Below are positions 27,125 to 42,304 of a stretch of DNA of 64,000 nt, one piece after another (the stretch's first letter is position 1; each line of letters starts with the position of its first letter). Source of the DNA: the human T2T-CHM13v2.0 reference genome, Homo sapiens; the NCBI RefSeq assembly GCF_009914755.1, contig NC_060945.1; one strand, given 5' to 3'. A program made the translations under genes and the position numbers. The notes beneath the pieces were generated by a model that saw nothing but the letters and a program-made list of their open reading frames with translations, was not told the origin of the DNA and did not search any database.

Positions 27125-29651
27125 AGAAGATTAAAATCTTAAGAAAGTAATCAGAATGTTACAGAATCAAAGTCATTCCCTTTAATCTTTTCTGAGATTG
27201 GGCTGTTGTATAATTGTTAATAAATTCTACTCCTACAAATTGATTAAAATTTTCATTTTTAAGATGTAGGGATAGAATATTTACTCTCCAATAGAACACA
27301 GTAAAAGTTATTCATTCCTAAGAGAAATAGAAAAAAATTGAATATGGGCAGGCAACATTATTTTACTATACAAAATAAACTGGTTTGAAACAAGTATTTT
27401 GATGAGAGGTTTTGTGGAGCAAGCAACATTATTTGCTTTTAAAAAATGCCTATTCATGGTTTCATCTACTTACTGCTTTTAGAATTGTTAATTTGGCATT
27501 GTGATAAGACAAGCTGTGAGATTCACCACATTTAATATTAAATGCCAAAAAGAAAAAGAATGATTGTGCGGTGGATTTGAAACTGAGGAACATGAGCATT
27601 AATTACAAAATGTTGAAAATATTTCATTGCACATTTCATTGGCTACATTGTGCTTCTTAGCTGTAGAAGCCATAAAAACTTACTTATGCTCTTATTTCTA
27701 AAAGAATTGTAAATATAATCATATTTAAAAAATTTAAACAGAATTGTGTAGTCATTATTATGTAGTTTTAAAGTACATATGATTATTAAGTTAGAGTAGA
27801 TACATTGTAAAAGGCATCCAAATTGGAAAAGAGGAAGCCAAATTGTCTCTCTTTGCAGATGACATAATCTTATACATAGAAAAAACTGAGGACTTCACCA
27901 GAAAACTTAGAACTCATAAACTCAGTAAAGTTACATAATACAAAATTAACATATAAAAGTCAGTAGTATTTCTGTAAAACAAATAACAAACTAGCTGAAA
28001 AAGAAATCAAGAAAACAGTCCTATTTACCATGGCTACATATATTAAATAGTTAGGAATAAATTTAACCATAGACATGAAAGACTTCTGCAATAAAAACTA
28101 CAAAATGCTAATGAAAGAAATTGAAAAGGACACAGACAAATAGAAGGACATCTCATGCTCATGCACTGGAAGAATTAATATTCCTAAAACGTCCATACTA
28201 CTCAAAGCAAACTATAGATGCAATGCAATCCCTATCAGAATACCAAAGACATGCTTCACAGAAACAGAAAAAAAAAAATCCTAAAATTTATTTGCACCAC
28301 AAAACAACCTGAAAAGCCTAACCAATCCTGGGCAAAAAGAACAAAACTTAGGTATCACACCACCTGACTTCAAAATATACTGCAAGGCTACAATAAACAA
28401 ATCAGTATAATACCGGCATAAAAACAGACACATAGATCAATGGGACAGACTGGATAACCATAAATAAATCCACATATTCATGGTCAACTGATTTTTGACA
28501 AAGTTGCTTAAAATACATATTAGGGATAGGACACCCTCTTTAGTAAATCCTTCTGGGAAAACTGGATATCCAGATACAGAAGTATTAAAATGAATCTCTA
28601 TCTCTCACAATATAAAAAAATCAACTGAAAATGGATTAAAGACTTAAATGTTAAATCCCAAAACTATAAAAATACTAGAAGAAAACATGGGGGCAATGCT
28701 TTAGGACACTGATGTTGGCAAAGGTTTTAAGTTTAAGAGCCTAAAAGCACAGGCAACAACAACAAAATAAACAAACAATTCTATTAAACTACAAATCTTC
28801 TGCGTAGCACAGAAAACAATTAACAAAGTGAAGAGATAACCTGTAGAATCATAGAACATATTTGTAAACTATTTATTTGCATATATGGAAACATAACAAA
28901 TATCTGTATAAAGGTACTAATATTCAGAATATGTAAGAACTCAAGACAACTCAAGAGAAAAAAAACAGATATTGCATTAAAAAGTGGACAAAAGATCTGA
29001 ATAGAATTTCTCAAATGAAAATATACAAATTGACAATAGGAATATAAAAAAACTTAATATCAATACTCAGCACGGAAATGAAAATGAAAACAAACACAAT
29101 ATAACACACCAGTTAGAATGGTTATATCAAAAACACAAAAAAATAACAAATGCTAGCAATGATGAGGAGAAAGGGAAACTGTTATATATTATTGATGGGA
29201 ATGTAAACTTGTACAGTCATTTGGAAAACAGTGTGGAGGTTTCTCAAAAACTAAAAATAGAACTACAATATGATATAGAAATTCCACTATTGGGTAGTGA
29301 TCCAAAGGAAAGGAAATCCGCATAACAAACAGATAACTGTATCTTATGTTTATGGCAGCACTGTTCACACTGGTCAAAATATAGAATCAACCTAGGTGTC
29401 CCTCAGTTAAGAAAATGTGGTATATATACATAATGTAATATTATTCAGTCACAGAAAAGCATGAAATTCTGTTATTTGCAGCAACATAGATGAAACTGGA
29501 AGTCCTTATGCTAAATGAAATAAGTGAGGTAAAGAAAGACAAACTTCGCATATTCTTAATCTTATGTGGGAACCAAAATAGTTGACCTCATATAGGCAGA
29601 GAGTAGAATGATGTTTACCAGAGTCTGGGAAGTATAGAAGATAGGGGTTTG

Positions 29652-30516
29652 TTTCCATCAAAAAGTGGGCGAAGGATATGCACAGACACTTCTCAAAAGA
29701 AGACATTTACGCACCCAACAAACATATGAAAAAAAGCTCACCATCACTGGTCATTAGAGAAATGCAAATCAAAACCACAATGAGATACCATCTCACGCCA
29801 GTTAGAATGGCAATCATTAAAAAGTCAGGAAACAACAGATGCTGGAGAGGATGAGGAGAAATAGGAATGTTTTTACACTGTTGGTGGGAGTATAAATTAG
29901 TTCAACCATTGTGGAAATCAGTGTGGCAATTCCTCAAGTTTCTAGAACCAGAAATACCATTTGACCCTGCAATCCCATTACTGGTTATATATCCAAAGGA
30001 TTATAAATCATTCTCCTATGAAGACACATGCACATGTATGTTTATTGTGGCACTGTTCACAATAGCAAAGACTTGGAATCAACCCAAACGCCCATCAATG
30101 ATAGACTGGATAAAGAAAATGTAGCACATATACACCATGGAATACTATGCAGCCATAAAAAAGGATGAGTTCATGTCCTTTGCAGGGACATGGATGAAGC
30201 TGGAAACCATCATTCTCAGCAAAGTATCACGAGAACAGGAAACCAAACATCGCATGTTCTCACTCATAAGTAGGAGTTGAACAATGAGAACACATGGACA
30301 CAGGGAGGGGAACATCACACACCAGGGCCTGTCAGAGGGTGGGAGGCAAGGGGAGGGATAGCATTAGGAGAAACACCTAATGCAGATGATGGGTTGATGG
30401 GTGCATCAAACCACCATGGCACGTGTATACCTATGTAACAAACCTGCACGTTCTGCACATATACCCCAGAACTTAAAGTATCATAAAACAATAAATAATT
30501 AAATAAATAAATAAAT
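29652..30516 (+). mobile_element. 5'-truncated L1PA7/8 nested in L1MA, with TSD
   Basis: ORF 29867-30124 ([17 protein letters not shown]) is the ORF2 cysteine-rich domain. (TAAA)n tail. TSD AAGATAGGGGTT at 29638-29649 and 30517-30528. Confidence 0.94.
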
Positions 30517-30617
30517 AAGATAGGGGTTGGCTAATGGATGTAATCATAGTTCGAAGGAATAAATTCTAGTGTTCAATGGCACAGTAGGGTGACTATAGTT
30601 AACAATAATTTATTTTG

Positions 30618-30724
30618 TTTTATTTATTTATTTTTCTTTAACTTTTAAGTTCAGGGGTATCCACGTAGGTTGTGCAGTTTTGCTATATAAGTAAACATGT
30701 GCCATGGTGGTTTGCTGCACAGAT
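30618..30724 (-). mobile_element. Short L1PA (L1PA8-10-like) 3' end nested antisense in L1MA
   Basis: TTTTAAGTTCAGGGGTA...GTAAACATGTGCCATGGTGGTTTGCTGCACAGATC. Confidence 0.85.
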
Positions 30725-31619
30725 CAAAATAGCTGGAGCAGGAAATTTGAAACGCTCCCAACAGAAAGAAAAGATAAACGCTTGCGGTGATGAATTTGCT
30801 AAATACCCTGAATTGATCATTATACATCGTATACATATATTAGATTATCACATGTACCACATAAATATGTATAACTATTATGTATCATCCAACATGAAAA
30901 AAAGAAGATACGATGTCACAAAACATATTATGAATGCGCCTTATTTACCCAAATATAACTATATTATTTTAAATGTGAATAACAGAAAAAAAAAAGCAAA
31001 CTTGCAACCCAAATCTACTTTTGTTATCTTTCACAGTAAGCTCTAACAGAATTTTAATACCTTCATATGAATAAGGAAAAAGAAATATAGACTTGGGAAA
31101 TTGATAAATGGATTATTAATTTAGAATGAAAACAACAAATCTGCTTGGATGATGAAGCAAAAGATGCTTATGAAGTATTGGGATAATGTGTAATATTCTC
31201 ATTTTAGTTAGACTGTTCCTGATACCAGTTCAATTGAACTTAAAATCCAGTTCACATCTCTTTATCCTTCCTATCAGTACACTACAGGTAGCTTAGCTCA
31301 GAAATACTAGACATTTTAACAAATACCAGACAGTTAATTTTAGTTGCTGATTACTGAAAACTGTTCTAGAAAACTGCATATCATTCAACCTTTTGAACTA
31401 GGTTACTACAGCACAGGAATTAACCACAAAATATTGTTGAAGTTTTACAAAAATAAACTGCAAAGTCTAGTACTATATACACCGACTATTTTAAGTTTTC
31501 ATGCTATTTAAAGGCCAAGAAGGAGCTAAAAGTCACTTTTTGTTACTGATGTTCCACAATGTGGCAAAAGCCATGAATCAGAACAGGGAGCAAAAATTCA
31601 GCTAAATATTAGGAAGAAG

Positions 31620-32590
31620 AGTTTCTCCTACCTCTTTTTTGGGTCATTATCCTTTCTTTACTTTCATGATATAATGCATTCTTGATTTTCCTCTGAATTC
31701 TCTGGCGGATAATTCTTTCATGTCGACACTTTCTTCTATATGTCACATCTGAATATTGGAATTCCTTCTGAGCTTCTTTTCTCTTTCCCTTTAGTAATTA
31801 ATACATTTCCATGCCTTTAAATTATATGTAAATACTGGATATTTACATATTGACATTTGGACATCTTACAGCTATCTTAAATTTAGCACTCTCAAATCAA
31901 ACTCTCAAACCAGTTCCAAAACTGGTCCTGTCTAAGCCTCCAAAAATGAAACCACATTCCCCCTGTTAGAGATCAAACAGCATCTTTACATATCTTCTTA
32001 ATTTTATTCCTGGTCCTTCATATCTGTTGTATATGTCATGTATAGATATCCTTAAAACATTAACTGGGCCATGCCACTATGGTAAAGAAAAATCTTTAAA
32101 CTTTCCATTGATTTCAAATAAACTCCAACCTCCTCACTATGATCTAGAAGCTATGTTTGATCTGAGCCCTTTGTACCTTTTCAAACATGCATTGCTCCAC
32201 TGTCTCTTGGTCTCATGACATTTTAAGCCCAGCAGCCTTCTTTGACTTTCTAAAACACTGACAGCTATCCTGGTCAGAGTTGTTACCTATGCCTTTTCTT
32301 CTGCCTGGAAAATTTCCACAGGTCTTGGCAATGCTGATTTGTTTACCCTTTGGGTTCACAGTTAAATGTTACCATGTCAGAGAAATTTCCTTTTAAATTG
32401 CACCAATTCAAAAGCCACCATTATACTTTACCTTTGTAATCTACTTGTATTCTATTAAGGAACTTATTACATTTTATTGTCTGCCTTCCTAATTCTAAGC
32501 TCCATGAGGATTAGCAGAACTGCTGACTCCCTAGTAAAATTCCAGTACTTAGAACAGTTTCTCATGCACTGTTATGGACATAACAAATGT
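31620..32590 (+). mobile_element. L2 fragments
   Basis: Pyrimidine-rich L2-like motifs: CTTGATTTTCCTCTG, TCTTAAATTTAGCACTCTCAAATC, CTGCCTGGAAAA and TAAGCTCCATGAGG. Confidence 0.6.
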
Positions 32591-32607
32591 CTGTAAAATT
32601 CTCACAA

Positions 32608-32673
32608 TTATTGTGGACATTTGTTAATTTTTAACTTTTGTTATTGTGGACATTTGTTAATTTTTAACTTTTG
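32608..32673. repeat. Perfect 33-bp tandem duplication
   Basis: TTATTGTGGACATTTGTTAATTTTTAACTTTTG occurs twice with no mismatch. Confidence 0.97.
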
Positions 32674-33099
32674 TTCAACATTATCCAACCCCAAATCTTT
32701 AACAATATATTCATTTCTTATTTGTATTTTCTTTTCTTTCCTTTCTTTTCTTTTTTTTCTTTCTTTCCTTTTTTTTTTAGAAACTACCTCTGTTCTATTA
32801 GATAGTGTCTCAAGGGACTGTAAATCAGAAGATCTTTACTCCTTGTAGCCAAGGGGTAGACACATAATAGAAGTTAGGGCAATCAAATGCTCCCTTTCTG
32901 GCGTTTATATCTTCAGCAAAATCACAAACAGAAAATAATATATTCACTTTCCTTGGTAACATTCTTATGAAATTGCTTAGTACTTCCTCCTTCACAGGTT
33001 ACTGTAATTACCCTGGTTTCTCTTCACATCCTGGTGGTTTTATCCTTTGAATTTTTTTGATCGTTGCAATGTCCTGCACTTACCTTCCTTTGTGGATTT

Positions 33100-33500
33100 T
33101 ATTAATCTGATCAGTTGATATTTTTTTACTTATAACAGAAAACCCAATGAAAGTGGCTTTACCAGAAAGAAACATTTATTCTCTCACTTTAAATATGGTT
33201 CTAAGATAATGAAGCTCCAGATTTAATTTAGTGGCTCAGTGCTACCATCAAAGACCAAAGTAATTTCTGTTTCTCTTCTGCCGTCATCATGTTATTTAGC
33301 TCTCCTTGAGGTTACAAGATATATGCAGCAACAACAGATATTATATCTTCATGCACAAAATTACAAAAATATATGAAATTTATATTTTATATTTCAAGAG
33401 CAAGGAAACCTTTCTCCAAATTCCCATGACTACAGTAATTGAATTTCTCTCACATTTTATCAGCCAATATTGGGTCACCCATTCTTTTCTTAGTCTGTTT
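33100..33500 (-). mobile_element. Old MLT1 (K/L-like) LTR fragment
   Basis: ATAACAGAAAACCCAATGAAAGTGGCTT...TTTATTCTCTCAC...GTGGCTCAGTGCTACCATCAAAGACC. Confidence 0.55.
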
Positions 33501-33504
33501 TCTC

Positions 33505-33659
33505 ACTAAGAACCCACTCTAACAATAACAGCATTAACCCATTTACAAGGATGGAGTCCTCATGACCTAATTACTGGTTAAAGGTTCTGCTTTTTAATAT
33601 TGTTACAATGGCAATTCAATTTCAATATGAATATTGGAACAGACATTCAAACCATAGCA
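33505..33659 (-). mobile_element. MST (MSTD-like) LTR fragment
   Basis: AACCCACTC...GCATTAACCCATT...CTCATGACCTAAT...ACATTCAAACCATAGCA. Confidence 0.75.
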
Positions 33660-36600
33660 GTTTCTAAGTCTGTCAATTCACGAGAAAATAACTAATTTGA
33701 TTTACTTAAAATAACCCAACTGTAGTTCAACAAAATTGTTCATTAGGGTTCAGGAAGAATGTGAAGAGATTAAAAATAAACTTTTTGGAAAAAAAAAATC
33801 TCCCCATAGATTTTAAAACACAGCTCCTTTCCAAGGTTTTGTAACTCAGTCAACATAAATGGAACTTCTCAGTTTACCGGGGTTGACAGCATTGAATCGT
33901 GGTACATAATACTGAAATACCATGGATAAATCAGGTGATATAATTACTAGTTCCAATTTTTTAAATCAAATGCATGACATTTGATGAGTTATTTAATCCT
34001 TTGGTTGTTTCAGTGTTCTGATTTGGAAAATAAGATGGCACTAGAAATTTTGTCAGTATCCGTTCACTTACAAAATTATCTAAATATAGAGCTCAATCCT
34101 GTACTAAACTATGTACTGGTCCTTGTACTGGTCCATTTGTAATTTTTAATTGATTTTCTCATTTATTCTGTCTTGGCTCTCAACATTAAATTCAATTAAA
34201 ATCTAAAATCCTTGTGTCCATTCATAGCCATGGATTACATGGTGACTTATTCCAGCTCATTCTTTTTGTAATTGAAAAAAACTGTATATAGGAAAAAGAG
34301 CCAAATAGATAAAAGGGCTTTATCAACACACGGCTACTGCAAAATTAGTGTTTAGAAAACAGAAAATCTAAAAACCACTGACATGCTAAACCTAGAGAAG
34401 ATTTCTTTATTCTGAAAGGCAACATATATTGCTCTTATTTATTCCCTACTAAAAAAAAATAAGGTGTTTTTTACAACTTTGGAAGATGAATTGATAGAAA
34501 AAAAAAGCATGTTACTTATTTACAAGGATATTTCTCCATGAACTGCCTTTCAGGAAGCTTTCTCTAATCATTCAAATAGACTTTATTCTCTGACTATGTC
34601 TCATGCCTGATTTGAAGTCTTGTTACAGATCTTTGAAATTAAAGATTGAGGTTTATCCCTATTTTGATTAATACAATCATGTTAAATAATTTGGACTATG
34701 TTGCACAATTTTTTGAGTTAGGACATGAATAAATACTAAATAAGGTAATTAAGATGATTTGGTACTTTCCAGAATTAATGATTCTTGCTTTGCTTTGTCT
34801 CAATGTGAAAGCTCTTTGAAGCTGTGTTCACATTTGTTGTAAGGTTCAATTTTTAATCCACATAATCACCCTCAAGGTTTTGATTAATAAAGTTAAAAAT
34901 GTATCAAAACAACGTAACTAACTGTACTTTCACAGGTTTACAATTAAGTAAGAAAGAAAATTGAAATAGGATTTTAAAAAGTATCTGCTGGTTGAACAAT
35001 CATCTTGAACAGAGAAGAAGATAAAGAAAATGCACCAGGGAAAGTTTTGGGGATGCTTGTCATTATTAGATGTAGGGAGTTATGCAAATGGATTATATGA
35101 ATGCAAATGGGGTTTCAATGAAAAGCAGAAGATTTGACAGATTAATTTATAAAAATCACTAATACTTTTAACTTCATAAGCATTTATGGCTGAAACATCA
35201 CAACAGCCTTATGAGTTCATGTTGCTCTAAAGGACAAGGTTGCCCATCCAGTGAATAAATGATGAAACAGAAATTTGCACCATTTTTGCCTGAATTTCAT
35301 GCCTACTCAACCTTTAATTGGTGCACTAAACTGTTTCATGAGAACATTAAGAAGGCAAAACAGGAGACTTCCTGAAAGAGGAAGGCATTTGTAAAATATT
35401 TGTATAGTACTGAATAGTCTACTCTCTTGGGCTTCCATGTCACCCCTTGACTTTAACTTGTCACAGTTATCAAGAAAGACTCATGTTGTCAAAATTATGT
35501 TGTAGAAATAAAGAATCCTGTTGGAGAACAGGTGAAATGTGATGTCCTAAAAGTCAACCAAAGAGTGCATTTATTTAAAAAGTCATTGACAATAGACATA
35601 GACAAAAATTAGACTGGATGATCACTGCAAAAGACTATTGGATGAGTAATTAGAAGATCATTGGTTACTTTCAGCACAGCGTTTTGAGATAGTATTAGTG
35701 GAGACATAAACAAGTTTTATGAAATAATTAAAGAGAAAATCTAGAAAGAGAATAAAACCTAGTTTAAATGAAAGTATTTATGCCAGTTAAGTTTTTGAAT
35801 TAATAATATTATTCCAAGAAAGAATAATTGCAAATTGAATAACACGAGATGCACAAAACATGAAATTGGGTTAAGAAGGACATAGGAACAGTATGTAGAT
35901 AACATGCGATTCTTGAGGAGTATGGATGAAACAATTCCACTATACATGTAGAAGAGAATATAACTGGTGGGAATTCAAAAAAATTAAATGAGAAGAAAGA
36001 AAAATTGAAAAAAAAACTTCTATAAGATGAAATCAGACTTCACAGTAAAGTGGTTGTATAGTCATTAGCCACTTGAAGGAGAAGGGAGTGTGAGTGTATT
36101 TTGAACAGTATAGAGGTCTGAAATAGTTATGTGGAGCAGTCAAGAACCAACCAAAGAAAAGCATTTTTAAGCAGTTTTAACAATCAGCTTGATATAGGGA
36201 CTTACCAGGTTCTCGAAAAATAATGCTAGATTTCTCTTAATTTCAATGTAAATCGTGGAAATTTAACTCTATAAAATTGTAGAGAAAAAAAGGAATATAC
36301 AATGTGATTAGGACTCATCTGGGCAGCCCCCTCTAGAGAGCTTAATACAAAAATATTTCCAGATGACAAAGAAAGCTTTTATTCCATTTATCCTGCTGAT
36401 TGAAAAATGAATACATTAATGCTGGCTTTAAAGGCAGTCATGGTCTACCCCAAAATATTTCACTTGCCTTGGTTCACAGTGGACCCTTCTAGGTGACCCA
36501 AAAGCTAGAGTCAACATGAACTACTTGAGATGGCCTAAAATGCTCCAAATTAGCAAACACTTATTCCTGCCATTCACATCATCGAAAATCCTCTTCCTAC

Positions 36601-37807
36601 ACAATACACCCATGAAACAGCAATTAATCTTTCAAGAACTACCTTAGACAAGCCTCTTTTTTTGAAGCTTTGTTGATTTACTAAACAGATATAATTTCTC
36701 TTTTGTATATTCACTTCACTTTTTTCTTCATTTATGGTAATTGTCATTCTAAACCCTGGGGTTTAGTGATCTATGGCTCTGTTTCTCTCCACCTCCTAAC
36801 CTATTCCATGTTGCTAAACAATGAGCAATGAAGTATCTTGATTACCTCTGAATACTAAATAAATACTTTCTGAATTATTTTCTCTACATAACTCAACATT
36901 CTTCTAATTTGTTGAAAAATTAGAACTAACACTAATTTGTTTCTCATTTATTTTCTATCTCCGTGAACTTTTTATTCTGTTTACTCATTTGATTTCTTAA
37001 TGAATATATTAAACATGAAGAAAAAAATGCATGTTCTATGGTGGTAATGTCTTTTTCCAAATGCTAATAAAATTTGTTTAAATGCTCTTATCAACTTTTT
37101 AATGGTTTTCCCAAAAGTTTTTAATTTAGGTAACCAAGCTTTAATTGGAATTAGAAGTATTTTACATATATTTTCTGAATTACCTTGTATTTAACAAATA
37201 TTAAAGTAAAACTATTGAAAATAGTTTATGGATAGAAATCTTAGAAGGTTGGCACCTTTTTATTAACTTCCCAGATATTTTTTAAAGTAGATTAAAAAGG
37301 TTGCTATGTAACATGAAAAAAAAAACTACCGTCTAAAATCTAATGATGATGCAGCAAGATTCTAAATCAACAATCTGCAGTCTCACATTATACCAATGCC
37401 ATATTGTAAATTACCTCTTAAGGCCAGAGAAAAAGTATTTCACAACTTCTCAAAATCAAATACGTTAACTGTATTCAGATGTTAGTTTTTCAAAGAATCA
37501 AGAGGTAAGCATCAGAATGTGATTTTTAAACATTTCCAATACTTCTTAACAAAAATTTTCTCTAACTTTTTTAAAGTCATGCACACCTAAGAAATTTTTT
37601 TTTCTGGTTTGGAACATCATATTATAAAGGTGTTCATATATTCAAAGCTAGATTGTGTTATCATGTTATACTTTTTCACTATTTTAAATAAGAAATATTA
37701 TCAATTACATGTGCCTATCACAGTATTTTATTCTGTTTTCTGATGGTCTTTTTTTCCTTAACTCTCACTTGGCTTGTTTGTATAGGAAGCAGAAGAAAAT
37801 ATCAGAG

Positions 37808-38201
<394 letters not shown>

Positions 38202-38629
38202 TCATGTTTTGTAAGAAAGCTTGATTGTGATTACTGAAACTCCCTTTATTTTATTTTTAGGGGTCTGCAAAACTTTAATTCACACTTTATTATTAGGTTA
38301 TCTTATCAGCAATGCTCAGATCTTAATGTTGGCAGCATCTTTCTTTAGTATTGACACTAAGACATGAAGAATTGCTAGACCAATCTGTACAGCAAGCATG
38401 CTTTTCACATGTTCCACTTGGTCTTTCTGGTCAAAGATGAGACAACAGACAACTTGTAAATCAAGAATAGGAATTAAATGCATACTTCATTATGTAGTGA
38501 GGCTCCACTGGAAAGTAAAAGAGAACTCACTAGTTTCATATAAATGTGGCATGGGTAGAAAATAATCGGTTGAAACAAAAGACTTACATTTATGTTTCAT
38601 TTGTCTATTTTTTGTTCCTTAAAGCTTAC

Positions 38630-38852
38630 TTTCATTTATTTATTTATTTATTATACTTTAAGTTCTGGGATACACATGCAGAACATGCAGGCTTGTTACA
38701 CAGGTATACACGTGACATGGTGGTTTGCTGCACCTATCAACCTGTCATCTATATTTGGTATTTCTCCTAACGCTATCCCTCCACTTGCCCCCCACCCCCC
38801 GACAGGCCCCAGTGTGTGATGTTCCCCTCCCCTTGTCCATGTGTTCTCATTT
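38630..38852 (-). mobile_element. L1PA7/8 3' end fragment
   Basis: (TTTA)n ATTATACTTTAAGTTCTGGGATACACATGCAGAAC...TCCATGTGTTCTCATT. Confidence 0.92.
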
Positions 38853-41419
38853 TTCAGATAGACTTAACAACAGACACAGAGGGATTTTAGTGAGGATAAA
38901 AAATAAAACAAAACAGTGCTCTGTAAATATCAGAATGAAATAAAATGGTATCTTCTTATAACACACAAAGTATCAGTAGAGAATATACTTTCCATTATTG
39001 AATTAAATAGTTAAATGTTTAACAGGATCTGTAAGTTTTATATTTTCAAAAAGGTCTAGGAAAGTTGGTAATCAAGGATCCACTAAATGGATCCTGGTTT
39101 TTTGTAACCTGTTCCATTTTCGGGATTTCTTTTCCCACACATACCTATTGTACAATCTTAGACGCTAATAGACTTATGCTCAGATATTTTTGATTATTTC
39201 CTTGTAATAATGAAAGAGCAATACTTTCTCATATCAGTATTCATGGAATCATCGATTCATTTATTTAGTCATTAATTTTTTTGTTTGATAAATGTTTACT
39301 CTAGACCAGAAACTGGGATGAGCCTTAGGAAATGTGCAGAGATGAACAAAGCCTGTGAAGTAATCAGGGTTCTTTTTACTGTATCAATATTTACTCCATT
39401 AGAAATAAGGGGGTTTGAGAAAGGAGTGAGAACAGGGTTCAAGTCGAGTATTTTTCACTGAGTGACTCTGAGGAACCCTCCTGCGATCTTTACTATTTGA
39501 TTTGTAACCTGTTTAAATTCTACTGAAAACTTAAAATTCAGTAAATGCAGTTCCTGAAGTATATAGCAATCATTTTGAAATGTGTAGTCTCTTCCTACCA
39601 TAAACAGTTATTAGAAGACAGTGTTTTATACTAGCATTCCATGACAAGTGTCTTTATCAGTCATAATGATTGTGATTACCAATCCTAAAGTTAGATGGAC
39701 AATGATTGTATATTGGATTATCTATTTTACTAAAATAGAATTTAACCTCCTCTCCATTGGGCCTACGAAAAAGTAAATGTTAACCATTTGGGGTTTCTCA
39801 CCACAACACAGCTTTGTGAAACAAGTTCCTATCAATTGTCAAAGCTTCAAAGTACTTCAAAATATCGATTACATCTGCAGGTAAATTCAGGCATGGGCTG
39901 AGAGGATTTGAGGTAAATTAGCAATAGTATTGGTTGCATGAAAGTGTGGCTTGAATAAAAAAATTCTATACTAGCTGTGTGGATGATATAAGTATATTCA
40001 CTATTAATATTTTTATATATGGTAAAATGACCACAACTAAGGTTAATATTTGTTCACTTTTTAATGAAAATATATCTATATGTTTCTATTAAAATCAATA
40101 ATTATTTTTTAAAAAATAGTTTATCCCTTTATATAAAATGATTAGGAAGACCTAACCACCCTTAACATCAAAGTGAGTAATATCTGAACAACCTTATAAT
40201 GCTATACTTGCTAAAATATCCTCGGCATTTGATTGAATGCAGAGTCTTTCACACTGATTTTTTTATTATAAGGTTAATACATCAATTATTAACTGATATT
40301 TAACATTGCTAAGAGAATAGTATACAAAAGCAAAAATAAAAGGGTAAATTGGCTTAAACATATTTCTTAAATTTAATGAAGCATATTCAATATTTTAAAA
40401 ATAATTATAATCATATAGCAAGAAGCTATAAGCCATTTTTCATGATTGACATTTTACTGAGTTTCTTATTAATTTGAAAACTATTTTGATAATGTCATGA
40501 ATTTATTCTCCATGTTTTAACATTCATATGTTAATACTGTACACATTTATAGTTGCAGAAGTGTTTATTTATAGGTATTGAAAATTAGAAAATTAATTTT
40601 CTGTATTTTTTTATATTCCAGGTCAGTTATTATGCAAAATGAAAAGGTAATAGTGTTGCTCTCCTCAGGTTGAAAGCACACAATATGCATTCTTTTTTGT
40701 AAGATATATTGATTAATGAAACAAAGATAAATTTGTCACCCATGTAAAAACAATTGATTTCACCGAACTAGAAATCTGAAATCGCACATGGATACACTAA
40801 ATAATTCTAATGTAATTATTCCTAGTATACTTAAACAGCTAAAAAACAAACAAAGATTTCAACTTTTTGCTGGAAAAAAACGTTTTTTAAGTCTAGGGTT
40901 TATTTATAATGCAGTTATAGGTAATGCAAAATGGATGACATTCACCTCCCAGCCAAGGCTAAACATGCAGTAGTAAAAGACTGATTTTATCTTAAAACTA
41001 ATTAGAAATGATCTCATCAAAATCATTCTTGCCTTTTTATTTTTAATCTCCGAGCTGGTATTACCCTTTAATCAAATTGACAATACTAGAGGCTATAATG
41101 AAGATGAAAGTGACACATTTTTAAATTTTTAATGTTACTTTTTTCTTTTAATTTTATAATTAGGTCTTATCTTTGAAAGTGATAAATTTGCTTTATATTT
41201 AAGAAGCTAATAAAGACTGTAGGGAAAAATGTTATCATGATTTATATAGATTTTCTAGTAGTTTACATGAGAGAATAATATTCATGTTTAATGTAAAAAT
41301 GAAATTTAATATCAAAGTGATCTATAGGTACATTTCAAATAACAAAAGTAAAAATTAAATAAAGGTTAATTGAGTATGAAGTACGTTTATAACTTCTTTT
41401 AATTATTCTCTCTTTCATT

Positions 41420-42210
41420 GAAAAAATGCTAAGCACCTATCAGATTTTATGTATCTTTTTTTGAAATTATACCTATAATAGGAATGAGACAAAGTCACAG
41501 CTCTTTTACAAGTTGTCCATTCTGGTGAACTGAGACAATACTAAACAAACAAATCTTAAGACTGACAGAAAATTAAAATAGAGAGAGGTGATAGAGTCAT
41601 AGTGGATACTTTTAATTAGCAGTTGAACAAGCTGTCATGAACATCTTCAGGGTAAAAAGAAAAGACGCAATGAAAAGCTATGCATTCTGCAGATTTATAT
41701 TTACAACTAAAACACTAAAGCAGAAACTAGATTGCCACTTTCCATGGTGCTCTTATACTGGTAGATAGGGCAGAGCATGCAGTGTTTAATCCAAATTTGC
41801 ATTTTATGCCAGGTATAAAGAAATGCCATCAACACGTTTTAGACAACAGAGTAACACAATCAGAACCAGCTCATGCTGGTCGCTGTATAAAGAGGGGACT
41901 TTAGAGCAATAAAATTTAAAAAGGGATAAATATTAAGAGATTATTACAACAGTTTTCCTGACACACGCTTAATTTCAGATTAAAGCAGGAGAAATGAAAA
42001 GTAGTGGATAGATTTACCATGTATTTTTTTGCTGACATTATTAAGGTATTGGTAAATTAGCTTTAGGAGTAAAAGAAAAACGGCTTGTAGGTTTTTGTTT
42101 TTAGGGAGAATTTAAAATTTTTTTGCTTTGCCTTATTTTGTTTTCAGTGCAAGTTGGAGATGCACCTTAGATTGCCAAAAGGAGATAACAATCATGAATA
42201 TAATAGGAAT
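41420..42210 (-). mobile_element. L2 fragments
   Basis: TGCTAAGCACCTAT...GAATGAGACAAAGTC, TTTTAGACAACAGAGTAACACAATCAG and AAGTTGGAGATGCACCTTAG. Confidence 0.5.
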
Positions 42211-42304
42211 AAGTTATGATAGAAAGAGCAATTGGTGGACGGATGGTAAAGAGAAAGCAACATTTTTACATCCTAAAAAGGCGTCTCAGTATTTCGATTA
42301 AGAA

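Larger units (their letters stand above)
27808..30903 (+). mobile_element. L1MA (L1MA2/3-like) ORF2 3' half and 3'UTR, host of two nested L1PA insertions
   Basis: Starts in the RT domain (TTTGCAGATGACATA = FADDI). The 3'UTR AATAAATTCTAGTGTTC...GGGTGACTATAGTTAACAATAATTTATT...ATGTATAACTATTATGTATC resumes after each insertion. Confidence 0.9.

Noticed and set aside
37330-37510. Possible exon ending at the strong donor AG|GTAAGC (about 37503)
   Set aside because: No convincing acceptor, ORF or partner exons. Such donors occur by chance in 64 kb.
39074-39094. AGGATCCA-CTAAA-TGGATCCT 8-bp hairpin
   Set aside because: Short enough to be expected by chance, with no supporting context.
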